A DNA stretch of 64,000 nt from NCBI GenBank assembly GCA_951804945.1, contig OX638155.1, positions 39,432,001 through 39,496,000 on the forward strand. Direction: 5' to 3'. The stretch comes from Podarcis cretensis (lineage: Eukaryota). The translations under genes were made by a program, and so were the position numbers. Each line of letters starts with the position of its first letter. Within the stretch, counting starts at the first letter, position 1. Positions 61,614 to 64,000 of this stretch are shown one piece after another. Under the pieces are notes generated by a model. That model was not told the origin of the DNA and did not search any database. It saw only the letters and a list, made by a program, of their open reading frames with translations.

Positions 61614-64000
61614 TTTGCATCCTGCAGGGTCAGTCCATGTCACAGAGCTGCTGAAGAGACAAAATCAATGTAACTCCACACACAGCCCCCCTTACAGTAT
61701 CGTCAAATCACAGGCGACCTGAGACAAAACCTTGAATAACATGCTAATTTGCTTTGACTGCTTATGTTGCAAAACTAAGCGCATGGCAAATGGTCCTGTC
61801 ACTTTTAAGAACCACATTAATGTTTGATACTTAGCTGCCCTTTTAATAGTCCAGTGGTATCCAATTAGCACAGGAAGTGCTTTCTCTAAAGTTAAACTGA
61901 TCACGTACCATGGAAAAGGTTATTTCAAATGCTAGAAATGCTAACCAAATATTAAATTCATTTATTGGTGTGTTGATTATGCTTATTTTTTTCCTAATAT
62001 GCCAATTAAGCACCACTATCAGGATAGGGGTTAATACTGTAAAGTAAAAATAAAAATGTATCTCATGCAGTTGTAATACTTATAATTTAAGAAGCTGCTT
62101 TCAAATACAATAGTAGAGTTTCTTTCCCTCAAGTGGCTCTTTCCCTCAACATAAGAAAAGGAACAGGGTTGGTGCTAGTGGTAGTTGGTTTATTAGGGCA
62201 AATGGGGTATTGCCCCACCAACCCCATCTGCCCTCAGCCAACCTTCTTACTTACAACGACTCCATGGGATGGCTCTGCTTATCACCCTCCTCCTGCTTCG
62301 AACTCAGCAAGGAGGAAGGTGGGAAGAAAACTAGAGTTGACTCCACCTATCATTGGCTCTAGCTCCACCTACTGTTGGGCTCCCTGCCATCTTCCCTAGC
62401 ACCCCCAATGGGTGAAGCAGAACAAACAGTTTTGTTTCCTGGTTGCTGTGTTAGCCATACTGATGTTCAGCACACCTGATGTGCTCCAATCACTCCACCC
62501 TGCCAATGCACTATTATATTAGGAAACCTTTTCATTTGTGCCATGTCTGGTAGCTCTTGTTCTTCAGCAACAATATGACCCTAAGCTAGGAATGAGGTTC
62601 TGTAGTAAACAGTGAGTATGGCATTAGAAACTTAGATTTTTCTCTCTGGGATGACTGTTCTCACCAGTCAGCCAGAGGTCAGTTTCTGGTCTCCTTCTCC
62701 TTTCTAGCAGCTGCTGCTCTGCCCAGAGAAAGCTAATTACAACAATGGTTAAACAAAAGACTGTCTCCCCCCCCCCCACACACACACACATATTCTGCAT
62801 TTGAATTTTTGCTGTGAATAGTAAAAAATATAAATAAATAAAGTCTAGCGGATATGGTTGATCATTCTCAAAAAATGCCCAAGAAACTAACAAACACAGA
62901 CGCTATAGAATGCACACACATACACACACACACTTCAGTGTCCAAATAAGCAAATCAGTATATAGAACTGTGCAAAAGAAACAAAATTATTGTCTAAGTT
63001 CCTTTGATAATAAATAACAGAAATGGAGAACCTTATTCTGCTGCATATGTCCATATAACTCAAGGGAACGAAATAAGCTTTGTTTCAGATATTGTTTTCC
63101 CCAGTGCATTCTCTCTCTCCCTCCCTTTCCCACCTGGAGAGAGGGAGAGAAATAGAGAATTGACAGAACCAATGTGCACATTAGCTGTGTAAAACCTGCA
63201 ATGCTTCTCATGCTGCTTGTTGAACTCACAGAGGGAAAATTAACTAACAATAGTAGAAGCAGGTTGATCTTTGTTTCTCTCCACTTCACTGCTGGTGGAC
63301 ACACATATACAAAAATATCAAAATTATCTGTATGGATAAGAGAGCTCCCCAGAAATATGAAATGCTCCTCTTCACCTTAGGAAATATCAGTACCTGGATT
63401 CCAGTAAGAAAGAAGAAGCAACACTGATATCATGGACTGGTAATCAACCCAGGAACAATCCCAGCCTTGGTGCAAATTGTGGTGTAGCTTATTCCATTTT
63501 GCAGTTGGAGCAGTGTGCAGATTCCAGCATAAAAATGTGTTATGCCGTCACTGAAGTTTTGTCTCCATATACCTAAGATATATTGTGGGAATGGAGTAAA
63601 AGAAAAAGGATCATTTGTCTCTTGTCTTAAGAAGGAAAGAAACAGTATATGAATATCAAAAGATTCTCTTACTTGACCAATTGCAGAACTGCTAGCTCAG
63701 TCCTATGGCTCTGACACCACCAGATTTAGGGCGGTGTGGGCAGTTCCCTGCACAGGGTGCTGAGCCGAAGGGGCACAAAATTGAGAAGATCCATAATTGA
63801 GATTATGGATCAAATTTTGGCCTCACATATTACAAAAAAATTACCAAAGTCCACCCCTGGATCTGATTCAGCATGGTAAAATGAAATTGTCCAAAGGCGT
63901 AAACAAATGAATGCCCCTAATGTGGCCAAGTGATTTTTCATAAATGGGGTCCCACCACTGACAAGGCTCTGTCTCATCTCACTATCCCACAAGCCACACC

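Overview
This is vertebrate non-coding DNA, almost certainly from a squamate and probably a lacertid lizard. The inference rests on six Sauria SINEs, a BovB fragment, tRNA-Lys(CTT)-headed SINEs and typical squamate MITEs. I cannot identify a host protein-coding gene, so the window is probably a gene desert or a large intron, and it has several repeat-free blocks rich in homeodomain motifs. The dominant feature is a full-length 6.9-kb L1-clade LINE on the minus strand (11385-18285). It has a 13-bp TSD, an intact ORF1, an ORF2 broken by 2 stops and 2 frameshifts, and a ~1.8-kb 5' UTR with ETS and YY1 motifs and a possible intron. It is nested inside an older L2 3' end. Other elements are Tc1/mariner-type MITEs (TA TSD), hAT MITEs (8-bp TSD), a solo LTR, L2/CR1/RTE remnants, microsatellites and a 161-N gap. 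The least-explained signal is three GC-rich insertions (20515-20686, 23261-23537, 42897-43757), each with interleaved (pseudoknot-like) complementary segments and a CAGGTRAG motif. There is also a ~258-bp long hairpin at 51997-52254. All calls come from reading the sequence by eye; no database search was run.
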